From assembly GCA_030429835.1 (NCBI GenBank), contig JAUIGC010000002.1, positions 524 through 64,523 of the forward strand: 64,000 bases of DNA. The letters are read 5' to 3'. Shown here one piece after another: positions 29,183 to 41,400 of the stretch. Within the stretch, counting starts at the first letter, position 1. Every line of letters begins with the position of its first letter. The DNA is from Bacteroidia bacterium. GTDB taxonomy: Bacteria > Bacteroidota > Bacteroidia > Flavobacteriales > Flavobacteriaceae. A program made the translations under genes and the position numbers. A model generated the notes under the pieces. It had not been told where the DNA came from and did not search any database. It worked only from the letters and a program-made list of their open reading frames with translations.

Positions 29183-30361
29183 ATGTCCTCATCCCGAAGT
29201 GAAAGATATAATCAACGTGGCGTTTCCGCTTCCAAGGAAGACGTTCATAACGCCATCAAAAACATTGATAAAGGACTTTTCCCCAAGGCCTTTTGTAAAA
29301 TTGTACCCGATTACTTGACGGGTGATGATCAGTACTGTTTGGTTATGCATGCTGATGGAGCCGGCACCAAGTCCTCACTTGCATACATGTATTGGAAGGA
29401 AACGGGGGATTTATCTGTTTGGAAAGGCATAGCACAGGATGCGCTGATCATGAATATCGATGATTTGATATGTGTTGGTGCAACGGACAATATTGTGCTT
29501 TCCTCTACCATTGGAAGAAACAAGAACAAGATACCAGGCGAGGTTATTTCTGCTATTATCAATGGGTCCGAGGAACTGATCAAGGAATTGGAGACTTTTG
29601 GGATTACCATAAAATCGACCGGAGGCGAAACTGCAGATGTGGGTGATCTGGTTAGGACCATTATTGTAGATTCCACAGTGACCGCAAGACTAAAAAGAAA
29701 GGATGTCATTGATAATGCGAATATTCAAGCGGGAGATGTGATCGTGGGGTTGGCTTCTTTTGGACAGGCCACTTATGAAAAGGAATACAATGGCGGGATG
29801 GGTAGCAATGGGCTAACATCTGCCAGACATGATGTTTTTTCAAAATATTTAGCCGAAAAATATCCGGAAAGCTATGACGACCAAGTTCCTGAAAATTTGG
29901 TTTATTCCGGAAACGCCAAATTAACGGATGCTGTGGAGGATTCTCCCTTGGATGCGGGTAAATTGGTATTGTCTCCAACAAGAACCTATGCTCCAATAGT
30001 GAAGCAGATATTGTCCAAATATGGCAATCGGGATATTCATGGGATGGTCCATTGCAGCGGAGGTGCACAAACTAAAATTCTTCACTTTATAGATAATTTA
30101 CATATAATCAAGGACAATCTTTTTGACGTTCCTCCCTTATTCAAATTGATACAACAACAATCCGGAACGGATTGGAAGGAAATGTATCAAGTTTTTAATT
30201 GTGGTCATCGATTGGAAATTTATACCAATGAGGAGACGGCGAAGGACCTGATTGATATTTCCCTAAGCTTTAATGTGGATGCCCAAATAATTGGTAGGGT
30301 AGAGGCCTCTCTCTCCAAAAAATTGACCATAAAAAGCGAATTTGGAACCTTTGTGTATTAA
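29183..30361 (+). CDS. purM: Phosphoribosylformylglycinamidine cyclo-ligase (AIR synthase, Bacteroidetes type)
   Basis: Y..RGVSA, HADGAGTKS, GGETADVGD, GMGSNGLTSAR, EMYQVFNCG. Confidence 0.88.
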   Translation: MSSSRSERYNQRGVSASKEDVHNAIKNIDKGLFPKAFCKIVPDYLTGDDQYCLVMHADGAGTKSSLAYMYWKETGDLSVWKGIAQDALIMNIDDLICVGATDNIVLSSTIGRNKNKIPGEVISAIINGSEELIKELETFGITIKSTGGETADVGDLVRTIIVDSTVTARLKRKDVIDNANIQAGDVIVGLASFGQATYEKEYNGGMGSNGLTSARHDVFSKYLAEKYPESYDDQVPENLVYSGNAKLTDAVEDSPLDAGKLVLSPTRTYAPIVKQILSKYGNRDIHGMVHCSGGAQTKILHFIDNLHIIKDNLFDVPPLFKLIQQQSGTDWKEMYQVFNCGHRLEIYTNEETAKDLIDISLSFNVDAQIIGRVEASLSKKLTIKSEFGTFVY

Positions 30362-30409
30362 GGTATACGATTAGCCGGATACCTACGTTTTTATACTAAA
30401 CATCTGGCT

Positions 30410-30853
30410 ATGGAAAGAAAACAATTTTTGAAAAGTTTAGGAGCCGGGGCGGCTTTCGCCATTACATTTCCCTGTTTGGGCAGTTGCTCAAAGGATAATG
30501 GGGAAAATGGAAATATCGTGGAAGAACCAACCAATGTAGACTTTACGGTAGACCTTGCTTCTGCTGAAGCATCAAAATTGGCTAATAATGGAGGGTTCAT
30601 TCTAAAAAATCTTGTAGTCGTGGCAAGAAATCTGGAGGGGGAGCTTGTAGCTGCCAGCCAGGTATGTAGTCATGAAGGATATGACGAAGTAAGATTCGTC
30701 AATCAGAACGGAGGTATATTTTATTGTGATGTACATGGATCGCAATTCTCCCAGGACGGTAGTAATTTGAATCCTGGAAATGGTAGGGCCACAAAACCTT
30801 TAAAGGTCTATCAAACAGAACTCAACGGTAACATCCTTCGTGTTTTTGAATAA
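30410..30853 (+). CDS. Rieske [2Fe-2S] domain lipoprotein
   Basis: CSHEG...CDVHGSQF ligands; Tat-like MERKQFL and lipobox LGSC. Confidence 0.85.
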   Translation: MERKQFLKSLGAGAAFAITFPCLGSCSKDNGENGNIVEEPTNVDFTVDLASAEASKLANNGGFILKNLVVVARNLEGELVAASQVCSHEGYDEVRFVNQNGGIFYCDVHGSQFSQDGSNLNPGNGRATKPLKVYQTELNGNILRVFE

Positions 30854-31019
30854 TATTGCTTTTTGTCCCAAATCTATAAAGCTTGATTTTAAAATTCCTC
30901 ATACCAGCATATGCAAGGTGTATTTTTGGTCCTTGTTCTTTAGATAGGACCAGGTGTGCCATTACTTTCAGTAAAATAGATTTTCATAGCGGAAATTTCA
31001 CCCATTTATATTTCTATCG

Positions 31020-32018
31020 TTGAAGTTGAGACTTGCCATATGGTCCATTTTATGGTGTTGCATGCTTCCGGCTCAGGAAAGGAAATTCGTTACGGTGAAG
31101 CAATCGGTAACATTAATGGGGAGTCCGTTTGAAATCACTGTTGTATCTGTAAATGAGGATTTGGGCTACATTAATATTCAGGAGGCGATTGGGGAAATCA
31201 ATAGAATAGAAAAGCTTATTTCTTCTTGGGATTCAGAATCTGAAACCTCACTAATAAATAGAAATGCAGGGATCAAACCGGTAAAGGTGAGTACGGAGCT
31301 TTTCAAACTGATAGAAAGATGTAAACAAATCTCGGATATTACGGATGGGGCTTTTGATATTTCCTATGCTTCGTTGGATGAGGTATGGAGCTTTGACGGG
31401 CAAATGGCATCCATGCCGACAAATAGTCAAGTAAGGGAGGCCATTACCAAAGTGGGTTATAGAAATATACAATTAAATGAATCCGAGTCGACGGTTTTTC
31501 TTACCAAGCCGGGAATGAAGATATCCTTTGGGGCTATAGGAAAGGGGTATGCCGTAGATAAGGCGAAGGATTTATTGATCTCCAAAAAAGTGGTTGCCGG
31601 GGTCATTAATTCCAATGGGGATCTTACCACATGGGGAACCAAGGCAAGTGGCGAAAAATGGCTATTGGGCATTGCCAACCCTAACAATAGGTCAAGGGTG
31701 TTTTCATGGTTGCCCCTTGTGGAATCATCGGTTGCTACATCGGGAAATAAAGAAAGATTCCTAATGATCAACGATGAAAAATTTATGGATATTATTGATC
31801 CTAGAAGTGGTTATCCTATACGGAAAGGAATTCAAAGTGTTTCGGTATTTTCCAAAAATGCGGAGCTTTGCGATGCCTTGGCAACGGCAATTATGGTAAT
31901 GGGCCGTAATGCCGGATTGGCCTTGGTCAATCAGTTGGGGGGAACAGAGGTAATAATTGTAGATTCCGATAATACATTGTATAAGAGTTCCGGAATGATA
32001 TTGGACAGGATTCCTTGA
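31020..32018 (+). CDS. apbE: FAD:protein FMN transferase (ApbE family)
   Basis: LMGS.F, SE.S.INR.AG, TDGAFDI, GAIGKGYAVD, SVATSG, IIDPRSGYP, DALATA. Confidence 0.9.
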   Translation: MKLRLAIWSILWCCMLPAQERKFVTVKQSVTLMGSPFEITVVSVNEDLGYINIQEAIGEINRIEKLISSWDSESETSLINRNAGIKPVKVSTELFKLIERCKQISDITDGAFDISYASLDEVWSFDGQMASMPTNSQVREAITKVGYRNIQLNESESTVFLTKPGMKISFGAIGKGYAVDKAKDLLISKKVVAGVINSNGDLTTWGTKASGEKWLLGIANPNNRSRVFSWLPLVESSVATSGNKERFLMINDEKFMDIIDPRSGYPIRKGIQSVSVFSKNAELCDALATAIMVMGRNAGLALVNQLGGTEVIIVDSDNTLYKSSGMILDRIP

Positions 32019-32167
32019 TATTTAAGATGTTCCAACATTACATTGCACAATTTTAGCTGACTTTTCCTAGCTACTGTGGAAGTCCACATTAAAACGGTCC
32101 GCTTCAATTTTCAATACCAAATTGGTCATAAAATTATTGTAATTTCGCAGCACAAGTGTAGTTGATA

Positions 32168-33244
32168 ATGATAGACAAGTTAAATATTGTAAAGCAGCGT
32201 TTTGATGAGGTTTCGGACCTTATCATCCAACCGGATATTATCTCGGATCAGGATAGGTATGTGAAACTTACCAAGGAATACAAAGATCTTAAGGAGCTTA
32301 TGGCCAAAAGAGATCAATATCTGGAGTACACCAATAATATTCAAGAGGCAGAAGAAATCATAGCGGATGGATCTGATGTGGAAATGTTGGAGATGGCCAA
32401 GATGCAGTTGGAAGAGGCCAAATCCAGTCTTCCTGCCCTTGAAGAGGAGATAAAACTCATGCTTATACCTAAAGACCCTGAGGACGCCAAGGATGTGGTT
32501 ATGGAAATAAGGGCCGGAACTGGTGGAGATGAGGCCAGTATCTTTGCCGGAGACCTTTTTAGAATGTACACCAAATATTGCGAAAATAGAGGTTGGAAAA
32601 CCAACGTAATCGACCTGAGCGAGGGAACCAGTGGCGGATACAAGGAAATACAATTTGAGGTTACCGGCGAGGACGTTTATGGCACCTTAAAATTTGAGGC
32701 TGGTGTTCACAGGGTTCAGCGAGTACCACAAACGGAAACCCAGGGCAGGGTGCATACCAGTGCGGCTACGGTCATGGTATTGCCGGAAGCAGAGGATTTT
32801 GATGTGGAAATAGACCCTAAGGATGTTCGGATAGACTTTTTCTGTTCTTCCGGACCTGGAGGGCAGTCCGTGAACACCACGTATTCCGCTGTTCGATTAA
32901 CACATATCCCTACGGGCCTGGTGGCGCAATGTCAAGATCAGAAATCCCAGCACAAGAACAAGGATAAGGCCTTTAGGGTTTTACGTTCTAGATTGTATGA
33001 TATGGAGCTTGCCAAAAAACAGGAGGAGGATGCGGCCAAAAGAAATTCCCAAGTGAGTAGTGGGGACCGATCGGCCAAGATTAGAACGTATAATTATCCG
33101 CAAGGAAGGGTCACGGATCACAGGATAGGTCTTACCCTTTATGATTTGTCCAATATCATAGACGGCGATATTCAAAGGATCATAGACGAACTAAGCCTGG
33201 TCGAAAATACGGAAAAGCTCAAAGAGGCGTCGGAAATATTTTAA
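32168..33244 (+). CDS. prfA: Peptide chain release factor 1
   Basis: [23 protein letters not shown] (PxT), GGQ motif, [17 protein letters not shown]. Confidence 0.97.
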   Translation: MIDKLNIVKQRFDEVSDLIIQPDIISDQDRYVKLTKEYKDLKELMAKRDQYLEYTNNIQEAEEIIADGSDVEMLEMAKMQLEEAKSSLPALEEEIKLMLIPKDPEDAKDVVMEIRAGTGGDEASIFAGDLFRMYTKYCENRGWKTNVIDLSEGTSGGYKEIQFEVTGEDVYGTLKFEAGVHRVQRVPQTETQGRVHTSAATVMVLPEAEDFDVEIDPKDVRIDFFCSSGPGGQSVNTTYSAVRLTHIPTGLVAQCQDQKSQHKNKDKAFRVLRSRLYDMELAKKQEEDAAKRNSQVSSGDRSAKIRTYNYPQGRVTDHRIGLTLYDLSNIIDGDIQRIIDELSLVENTEKLKEASEIF

Positions 33245-33293
33245 TTATAGGGGGTATTCTTAATTATTCCTCAAGAAAAGCATATTTATTTTT

Positions 33294-34121
33294 ATGACCA
33301 CCCAAGATTTGGTATTTCAGATTCGTAAGAAAAAGTCTTTTTTGTGTATTGGGCTTGACACGGATTTGGAAAAAATCCCTCCTCATCTACTACAAGAGGA
33401 AGACCCAATTTTTGAATTCAACAAGGCCATTATTGATGCAACACATCATTTATGTGTGGCCTATAAGCCCAATATCGCTTTTTATGAAGCCTACGGAATT
33501 AAGGGCTGGAAATCCTTGGAAAGGACCATTGAATATTTAAATAGGGAATACCCGGAGCAGTTTACCATTGCCGATGCAAAAAGAGGGGACATAGGAAATA
33601 CTTCCGCACGTTATGCAAAGGCATTTTTTGAGGATTTAAACTTTGATTCCATAACCGTTGCCCCATATATGGGTAAGGATTCCGTAGAGCCTTTTCTAAA
33701 CTTTAAGGATAAGCACACCATTTTATTGGCATTGACCTCCAATATGGGTGCCTTTGATTTTCAGACAAAAAAAATAGAAGGAAGGGAACTTTACAAGGAA
33801 GTCCTTAATACTTCCAAAACATATGAAGGTGCCCAAAACTTGATGTATGTGGTAGGGGCCACTAAGGCGGAATATCTGTCGGATATCAGGAGGATAATAC
33901 CCGAAAATTTCTTACTGGTTCCTGGAGTTGGTGCTCAAGGAGGTAGCCTTGAAGAGGTTTGCAAGTATGGGATTACTCCGGATATAGGTCTTTTGGTCAA
34001 CTCTTCCCGAGGTATTATTTACGCTTCCCCAACAATGGATTTTGCCGAAGTAGCACAAGACAGGGCAAGTGACCTGCAAGGTCAAATGCAAAAAGAAATG
34101 GAATCCAGGAATTTGATCTAG
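33294..34121 (+). CDS. pyrF: Orotidine-5'-phosphate decarboxylase
   Basis: [46 protein letters not shown]. Confidence 0.96.
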   Translation: MTTQDLVFQIRKKKSFLCIGLDTDLEKIPPHLLQEEDPIFEFNKAIIDATHHLCVAYKPNIAFYEAYGIKGWKSLERTIEYLNREYPEQFTIADAKRGDIGNTSARYAKAFFEDLNFDSITVAPYMGKDSVEPFLNFKDKHTILLALTSNMGAFDFQTKKIEGRELYKEVLNTSKTYEGAQNLMYVVGATKAEYLSDIRRIIPENFLLVPGVGAQGGSLEEVCKYGITPDIGLLVNSSRGIIYASPTMDFAEVAQDRASDLQGQMQKEMESRNLI

Positions 34122-34312
34122 ACCAAATTCTCCAATGACTTTTGAATTTTTTGAGCTTTATGTTCAAAAAACTCGGTCAATTTCGAGTTGGAATATTTCA
34201 TCTTAGATGCTTTGTCAACAAAGTTTTGATACTGATATTCCAGTAAAGTAATAACGTCCGCTTTTGCCGCAATTGGGGTTACAGTTCCGACTTTACAATA
34301 TTGCTTTTCCAT
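34118..34312 (-). CDS. Small hypothetical protein (64 aa)
   Basis: ATG ORF convergent with pyrF; a TATATTTG -7 element lies just upstream on the minus strand (34332-34339). Confidence 0.65.
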   Translation of the reverse strand: MEKQYCKVGTVTPIAAKADVITLLEYQYQNFVDKASKMKYSNSKLTEFFEHKAQKIQKSLENLV

Positions 34313-34539
34313 AGTTAAAGTATTGTTCTTTCAAATATACGCTGACAATGCTTTTTTGGATCTCCCTTAATGCTGTCAAACAACTAATTATTTGGTAATT
34401 TGTCTTTTTTTTAACATTGAGGCCATTAAAAATTCCAAAAATCAACATCCGAAAGCATAAAAAATATAAATATGAGGCATCAATTATAAAAGAATATTTA
34501 CATTGTGTGGCTTTCTAAAATTGAAAGAAAAAGAACACT

Positions 34540-35403
34540 TTGTTAAGTCATAAAACATATTTAAATCATAGTACATTACCTTGGGTAACGTTCATAGATG
34601 GAGCAGGGGGTATTTTCTCGATTTGGAATAAACAGCTTCCCGAATTTCAACGTCATTATAATGTACTGGTTATAGAATTAAGGGAAAAGGACAGTCCACT
34701 TTTTTCAGTGGATAATTTAAATATTGATGTAATTACAAATGAAATACTCCGTGTATTGGAGTATGGGAATATAGATAAATCTCATTTTATAGGTTTATCG
34801 CTGGGTACTGTGTTTATAAGGAATTTTGCATTGAAATATCCCCATCGTATCCAATCGATGATTCTTGCGGGTGCAATTATTAATATTAATTATCGTCTTC
34901 GTTTCTTGTTATGTGCCCAAAAATTGGGCGATAAGATATTTCCATTCCATTCCCAATTTAAGTTTTTCGTGTATTCCCTATTGCCGAATAAGAACCACAA
35001 GGAATCCAGGTTGTTTTTAATTAAACGGGCAAGGAAGTGGCACAAGGAAGAATTTTTGAAATGGGCCGGATTTACAAAGAAATTAGATCCTATACTAAAT
35101 TATCTCTATTCTGAAAAATCGGATATTCCTTGCTTATATATTATGGGCGAGGAGGACAAACTTTTTCTTTCATCGGTAAGGAAAATATCCTCAAGCAAAT
35201 TGGGGTCCCTTCTTTTTATAATTCAAGATTGTGGGCATATTGTTAATTTGGAACAAGAAGAGCTTTTTAACAAGATGGTGATTGGATATATAGTAGGATT
35301 GGAAGGAGTATCTGAAGTAGTTAGGCCCTACTTGGAAGATTTTAGTAAATGCAGCCCTGAGGAGGTATTGATAGCTAATTCAAATAACCACTCTAAAAAA
35401 TAA
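34540..35403 (+). CDS. Alpha/beta hydrolase (MenH-like), divergent
   Basis: GLSLG nucleophile elbow, MGEED, CGHIVN; N-terminal motifs altered (DGAGG); C-terminal tail overlaps the ncRNA candidate in antisense. Confidence 0.7.
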   Translation: MLSHKTYLNHSTLPWVTFIDGAGGIFSIWNKQLPEFQRHYNVLVIELREKDSPLFSVDNLNIDVITNEILRVLEYGNIDKSHFIGLSLGTVFIRNFALKYPHRIQSMILAGAIININYRLRFLLCAQKLGDKIFPFHSQFKFFVYSLLPNKNHKESRLFLIKRARKWHKEEFLKWAGFTKKLDPILNYLYSEKSDIPCLYIMGEEDKLFLSSVRKISSSKLGSLLFIIQDCGHIVNLEQEELFNKMVIGYIVGLEGVSEVVRPYLEDFSKCSPEEVLIANSNNHSKK

Positions 35404-35465
35404 GACAGAAATTCTTTTCTTAAGGTAGTCTCAGAGCTGCTTTATTACTACTGATTTTGATTGTT
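35345..35465 (-). ncRNA. Candidate structured ncRNA copy 1 (6S-Flavo-like)
   Basis: Closing stem gcagctctgag/ctcagggctgc; homologous to 42045-42156; shared upstream box and -7 TTTG; ends approximate. Confidence 0.6.
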
Positions 35466-35468
35466 CAT

Positions 35469-35549
35469 CAAATAAACTAACTCTTTAGATTTCAACGGGT
35501 AAATCCTATAAACATTTCCTTATCCGATGAATTTTTACTTAGTTTTTAC
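35469..35549 (-). promoter_or_regulatory. Conserved activator-box/promoter, copy 1
   Basis: CAAA(35469)-N24-gggtaaatcc-tataaacatttccttatccgatgaatttttactt. Confidence 0.7.
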
Positions 35550-35813
35550 AAACCATTTATTAAAAATGCTTATTGAAACAAATTTGTGCTTACATTGAGT
35601 AATAAACAAGGCAATACTTTTAAAGGAAGGGGAGAATGATAATCACGATTCTTTTACAGAGTAAATTTTACTCAATTAAAAATCAAAATTAGGATAGATT
35701 GAAATTGAATTTTAAACTCCAATTAAAGAAATGAGGGTGTCAAATAGATATGAATTCAAACTTTAATAGGGTTCAAATAATTACATGGCTAATATGTGTT
35801 TTATAATAATGAG

Positions 35814-35849
35814 AAACCGCCAATCATTGGTAAAATGAAATGGCGGTTT
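35814..35849 (-). terminator. Terminator of the susCD operon
   Basis: aaaccgcca...tggcggttt inverted repeat about 30 bp after the last gene. Confidence 0.6.
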
Positions 35850-35881
35850 AACTATATTAAACAGCTTCTGTTAGCCGTTTT

Positions 35882-36748
35882 CTAATTGATGCATAGGGGA
35901 GGGTTGGGGCCAAAAGGGCCTAAAATGGTTCCGTCCGGTTTTTCTACGGTATATACATGTTCTTCTTCAAAACTTCCTGGTGTATAGGACACTACCAAAG
36001 AATTGGTCCCCGCTGGCACGTTGACGACATGAATAGTAGCGCTACCATTAGGTACGGTGTAGGTCGTTGCGGTGCCATCAATTGTAAAGGTTACAAAAGC
36101 ACCATCCCAACCATCACCATAAAGATCTTGCATGTCCAAAATCCAATCTCCTTCAATATTTCCCATTTCCTGTGGACAAGGAATTGCAAAACCAAAATTA
36201 AAGGCATTGCGATAGCCTTGCTCATCAAATAGGTCATTGGTGTTATTACCACCTGATATTTCCTTTGTGGTACTGTTGAAACTCAGGCGTTCTGGACCAT
36301 ATACAGTTCCTGCGTCATTGATGGCCGTTCCCAAAAAAGTGAAGGTATCCCCAAATCCGATGTCCGAGATTTGAACCCCCAGTGTGGCTGCAATATCCGT
36401 TACGTTAATATTGAGGGTTGTCGGAAAGGAATTGATTTCGCTTCCAAAGTTAACAGTGTCAGTAGGTGTCCCGGATAGGGTGCCAAAGACCTGCAAGGTG
36501 TAGCTATCCACATTTTCATCCGGAGCTTCAAAAGTCGTTGGAATACTTAAATTGGCTAATTCATCTAAAGTATTGATGTTAACGACCGTTGGAAAAGGTG
36601 TGGCTAACCGAACAAATCCTCCTTTTTGAAAAACATCCAAATTATTCTTTTCTTCATCGTCGCAGGAACTAACCGTTATAATTGCGAATGCTAGCAATAA
36701 AGTGGGCCACATTCTTAAACAAATTTTATTTTTTATATACTGTCGCAT
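35882..36748 (-). CDS. Surface lipoprotein downstream of susD
   Basis: Lipobox VSSC then acidic DDEE export signal; C-terminal MQDLYGDGWDGA beta-sandwich motif. Confidence 0.75.
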   Translation of the reverse strand: MRQYIKNKICLRMWPTLLLAFAIITVSSCDDEEKNNLDVFQKGGFVRLATPFPTVVNINTLDELANLSIPTTFEAPDENVDSYTLQVFGTLSGTPTDTVNFGSEINSFPTTLNINVTDIAATLGVQISDIGFGDTFTFLGTAINDAGTVYGPERLSFNSTTKEISGGNNTNDLFDEQGYRNAFNFGFAIPCPQEMGNIEGDWILDMQDLYGDGWDGAFVTFTIDGTATTYTVPNGSATIHVVNVPAGTNSLVVSYTPGSFEEEHVYTVEKPDGTILGPFGPNPPLCIN

Positions 36749-36764
36749 AATTATCTATTTATGA

Positions 36765-38381
36765 TTATTGTAGATTATTAGGATTGGTATCCCAAAATAC
36801 TTTTGTAGTTACTGGTTTTTGGTCAATACTTGAATTCGTATTCACTACCGAGGCAGGGTACAGAAAACTCCTTGGGAACTCACCGGGCGTGGCAACGTGA
36901 GGAGAAAGGTCGCTCGGCATGCTTGTCCTACGATAATTGTTCCAAGCTTCAAATCCATTGCCCCAAAGCGCAATGTAATATTCCTTCATTATGATATCCA
37001 ATCTTTCGTTGTCATCAACTGCGGAATCATATTGGGCCAAAACAAATGTGATATAGTCCTCCACATCCTGTGTGCTCGGGGCAAAAGCTGCATCTACCTG
37101 TCCCGGATTAAAGTTTAGCACCTTATCCATTGAAGCACGTATGCCTTCTTCCAATAGGGTACGTGGATCTCCAATAGTATTATTGGTTAAAGCGGATTCT
37201 GCCTTTAAAAATTTTACATAGGTTGATAACATCAAGGGAAATATGCCAGCTCCAGAAGCACCCTGGTTGTTTACCACGGAAGTGAAGTTATCTGCATCGA
37301 ATGCCCCCCCAACTGGATAAAGTCCGTATGTAGTTCTTTTAAGCTGATCCGGCGGTACACCTTCGTCATCGCCATGATCTCTTGTCCAATAAAAATCGCC
37401 TAGATAGCAAAAATTATAGCCAGGTTCACCTTCACAAGGTAAATCATCACCGGTTGGTGTTTCGGCAATCTGCCTGTAAAAGTAATATCTAAGACGGGGG
37501 TCTTCAAAACCTTTATCCGCCTTTAATAGGTTTACATAATAGCTGTTCAAGTAGTCGTCCGCTCCATCGGCATCGTAGCACAAAACAAAATAGGGGTGAC
37601 GGCTTTCACCTGTGGCACTCGCAACGGTTGAATATTTAAATTCAAAATCATCTGCAGAATCTTCGATAATGCCACTTGCAATGAGACTGTTTATTTCTGA
37701 TGAAAAATCACCTATCAGCTTCATTTGAAGATACATTTTAAACTTTAAAGTGTTGGCCAATTTTATCCATTGTGTTTTGTTGCCGTAATAAAAAAGATCA
37801 TTGGGCATTACCGAGTTTGGAGTATTGATTGCTGCTATGCCTTCATCTATGACATCAAACATGGCATTATAGATGGCTTGGCCATCATCTAGTTTAGGAT
37901 TGGGGAGATCATTGCCGAATAAGGCTTCGGAGAAGGGAACCTCCCCAAAAGTATCTACAAGTACTACATAGGAATATGCCTTTAGGATTTTGGCAACGCC
38001 AACATAACCTTGAAGTTCTCTTTCCTCTGCTAAAGGAATCAGTACGCTAATATCCTGCAAGGTTTCCCTGTAAAAATCTGTCCATATATCATCTATGGCA
38101 CTGGAAGCCAACGAAAAAGGACCTGCATATGCACCAAAAAGATGCTGCATCCGTACGAATTCTGCCGCCCGTACATTTATACCGTCTTCGTTATCTTCAT
38201 TATACGCAATTGCCCTCATAAATTGTAATTGCACGTTATTCAGCAATAATTCAGGGTCGGCACTGCTAGGTGTTAAGTTACTGGGATCTTCCAATTGGTT
38301 TAAATCTCCTACCTCACAATTTAATAGTCCAAAAATGAGGAGTAGTAATAGATATTTTGATTTATTTTTTATCGTTTTCAT
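36765..38381 (-). CDS. SusD/RagB family lipoprotein
   Basis: Lipobox LLNC; LVDTFGEVPFSEA, W.KLANTLK, DPRL, GFEAWNNYRRT, VFWD. Confidence 0.93.
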   Translation of the reverse strand: MKTIKNKSKYLLLLLIFGLLNCEVGDLNQLEDPSNLTPSSADPELLLNNVQLQFMRAIAYNEDNEDGINVRAAEFVRMQHLFGAYAGPFSLASSAIDDIWTDFYRETLQDISVLIPLAEERELQGYVGVAKILKAYSYVVLVDTFGEVPFSEALFGNDLPNPKLDDGQAIYNAMFDVIDEGIAAINTPNSVMPNDLFYYGNKTQWIKLANTLKFKMYLQMKLIGDFSSEINSLIASGIIEDSADDFEFKYSTVASATGESRHPYFVLCYDADGADDYLNSYYVNLLKADKGFEDPRLRYYFYRQIAETPTGDDLPCEGEPGYNFCYLGDFYWTRDHGDDEGVPPDQLKRTTYGLYPVGGAFDADNFTSVVNNQGASGAGIFPLMLSTYVKFLKAESALTNNTIGDPRTLLEEGIRASMDKVLNFNPGQVDAAFAPSTQDVEDYITFVLAQYDSAVDDNERLDIIMKEYYIALWGNGFEAWNNYRRTSMPSDLSPHVATPGEFPRSFLYPASVVNTNSSIDQKPVTTKVFWDTNPNNLQ

Positions 38382-38408
38382 TTTTTCTTTTTTAGAATTT
38401 TGAGCCTT

Positions 38409-41400
38409 TTAAAAGGTAGCCTTTATACTAAATCCATATTTTTTTGAAGTTGGGGTGGTTTGAAAATCAAGACCACTTCCATTACCTACTCCTGTGCTAA
38501 TTACTTCAGGGTCAAAATTGGTATACTTAGGAACATTGGGCGCCCAATACCAAAGATTTTGTCCCAATACACTAAAGGATAATGAGCCAATAAAAGAATC
38601 CTTCAAAAATTTTCTAGGTAAATCATACGTCAAAGACACTTCACGTAACCTCCATACGGACCCATCAAAGATTTGCTGACCACTAGGATCCAAATAGTTT
38701 AAGAAATACACCTCATTGGCACCCTGCTGAATGGCATTTGGTATTTTGTTCCCATTAGCATCTAGAAGAAGTTCTCCTGTGGACGGATCAGCATAGAACC
38801 CTGGAGTTACAAAAGTGCCTTCCCTATTTTCCGTATCACGGGTAACCCCTCTTCTTAAAAGGTTAGCAATGGTATTGGAAGAAAAATCGCCTCCATGTGT
38901 ATATTCCAATTGAGCGGATAGGCTTAAACTTTTGTAGCCAAAAGTGTTTATGGATGTAGCCTTCCAATCTGGATTGGGATCTCCAATAATCTCATCGTCC
39001 AATCCCACGGCAGAACTATCAAAAATATTTCCAGTAGTAGGGTTTATCAGATAGTTTCCTTCGTCATCCTTAAGGGCATAGCTTCCTTTAATTACGCCTA
39101 AAGGTTGTCCTTCAACCGCATAGTTTCCATTGTTGGAAAAACCTGATATGAAGACATCGTCACCGCCGGGCAAGTCAACAACTTCACTTTCCGCAGCAAA
39201 GAATATCCAATTTGATGTCCAACGGAAACCTTCTAAATTATTAAAAGGAGTTATACCGAGATTTACCTCGATACCCTTGGTGTTAATTTTTCCAGCATTT
39301 ATGGTAGTTCTATCGAAGCCAGTGGATGAGTCAAGAATTTTACTTAAAATCTGATCTTTGGAATCTCTCTTGAATACACTGGTTTCTAGATTAATCCTGT
39401 TTTTCCATAGGTTGGTTTCAAGACCCAACTCAAATTCCCTGTGAAGTTCCGCCTTAAGTTCCGGATTGGGGAATACATCCAAGCCTGTCTGCAAGGCACT
39501 ACTTGAGTTTACATTAATAGTTCGCCCGCCCCTATCTGTAAAAAGTGAGGTTCCAAGGGCTAGAATATTTCTTGTGTTATAGGGACTCGGAAATCCTGCC
39601 GAGGTACCGTATCCAAATCTTAGTTTTAAGAAATTGAGGAAATCAGATTGCATTTCTGGAAAAGCAGAAGTAGGCACTATGGACATTGAAGCACTTGGGT
39701 AGAATAAGGAACGGTTGCTCTGTTCTATAGTGGAAGTCCAATCGTTTCTTCCTGCTAGCGTTACATAAAGAAAGCTATCATAGTCAAATTGCAATTGACC
39801 ATAGAGACCCAAGGTATTTTCGGTCTGCTTAAAATCAAGGGAACTTCCTAGTGGATCCGCATTACTCTGGGTGGCAAAATTGTTGTGGTCTATAAAACCG
39901 AACACCACCTGTCCCGTACTTGCAACTCCAAATTTATCATAACGTTCAGAATTTGCATTGAAACCCAAAGTTCCATTTAATCCTAGCTTTTCACTAAACC
40001 TGACATCCTTAAGTGATAGAATTAAACTATGGTCCCAAATGGTGTTTATTGCAGCAGTGGTCTTTAAAAAACCGTTTTGTGCCAGTATACTGCTTACACC
40101 ACCTTTGTTTATATAAAACTGTTGTTTTTCAGTATAGGTGTCATAACCCAACCTATAGGTAAGGGCAAGGTTGTCATTGATGTCATAGTTGGTACTTATT
40201 GAGTTGAAAAATCGGTTAACATCAATAGACTCTTGGGCATTGTCCACTAGCCATAAAGGATTTTCCTGATCTGTTCTATAATAAACACTGGATCCGTTAA
40301 TGGGGTCTTGGTAGGGTAGGTTGGGTAGATCAAAATTTCGGGGTATAAATAGGGTTCTTGTAAAAATGGAGAAGTTCCCAGTGCCGTTATCCGCAGAAAC
40401 GGGCGGCGTAGTAAAGTCGCTTGTCGAAAAGTTAAAGGCACCCGAAATCGTAATCTTGTTACTAAGCTTCATAGACCCCCCAAGGCCAAAACTTACCCGT
40501 TTGATGTTGTTCCCAGGAACAAAACCATCTTCGTCCGTGTGTCCAAAGTTAAAATTATAAGAAACGTCCTCTTTGGATTTAGAAGCATTTATGGAGGTTG
40601 TAGTCCCTATTCCTTGTCTGAAAAAATCCTTGATATTATCCTTATAAGGCTCGTACGGAATATTTACACCCTGAAATTCAGGAAATGAATTGGCAAGCCT
40701 TGCATCGTTATATGGATGCCTTACGGTAAAGTTTCCATCAAACCTCCCTCCCCAGTTTCCTACGAAACCAACGTTTACGGAATTATCGCCACCTTGCCCA
40801 TATGTATTTTGATATTCGGGTAGATTCGCTATCTGGTTTACAAATACAGATTGACTTGCGGTTATTTCGAAACCCTTTTCTATCGCATCAGTCTGGCCTG
40901 TTTTTGTGGTAATGAGTACCACACCGTTCCTTCCCGCATCTCCATAGAGAACTGTTGCACTAAGTCCCTTAAGAATACTAATGTTTGCAATATTATTGGG
41001 GTCAATGTCCAAAAATCGACTAGAAGCAGAAACTGAACCGTTACCCGTGCTAACATTACTTTCGGCATTTGTGTTAGTATTGAAAGGAATGCCATTGACT
41101 ACGAAAAGTGGTTGATTGTTACCGGTGATGGAAACACTTCCCCTAATGGTAATGTTTGTGCCACTACCTGCCAAGCCACCAGTACCTACGATATTAACAC
41201 CTGCAACCTTTCCATTGAGTACCCTGGCAATATCGGCTTCCGGTCTACTTTGAACGGCATCTTCACCCAATGTAGTAATGGCATAACCCAAAGCCTTTTT
41301 TTCTCGCTTAATACCTTGGGCGGTTACAATTACCTCTTCCAACTGAGCGGCATCCTCTACCATGGTTACATTGATTACATTTTCTGAACCTACAGTCCTT

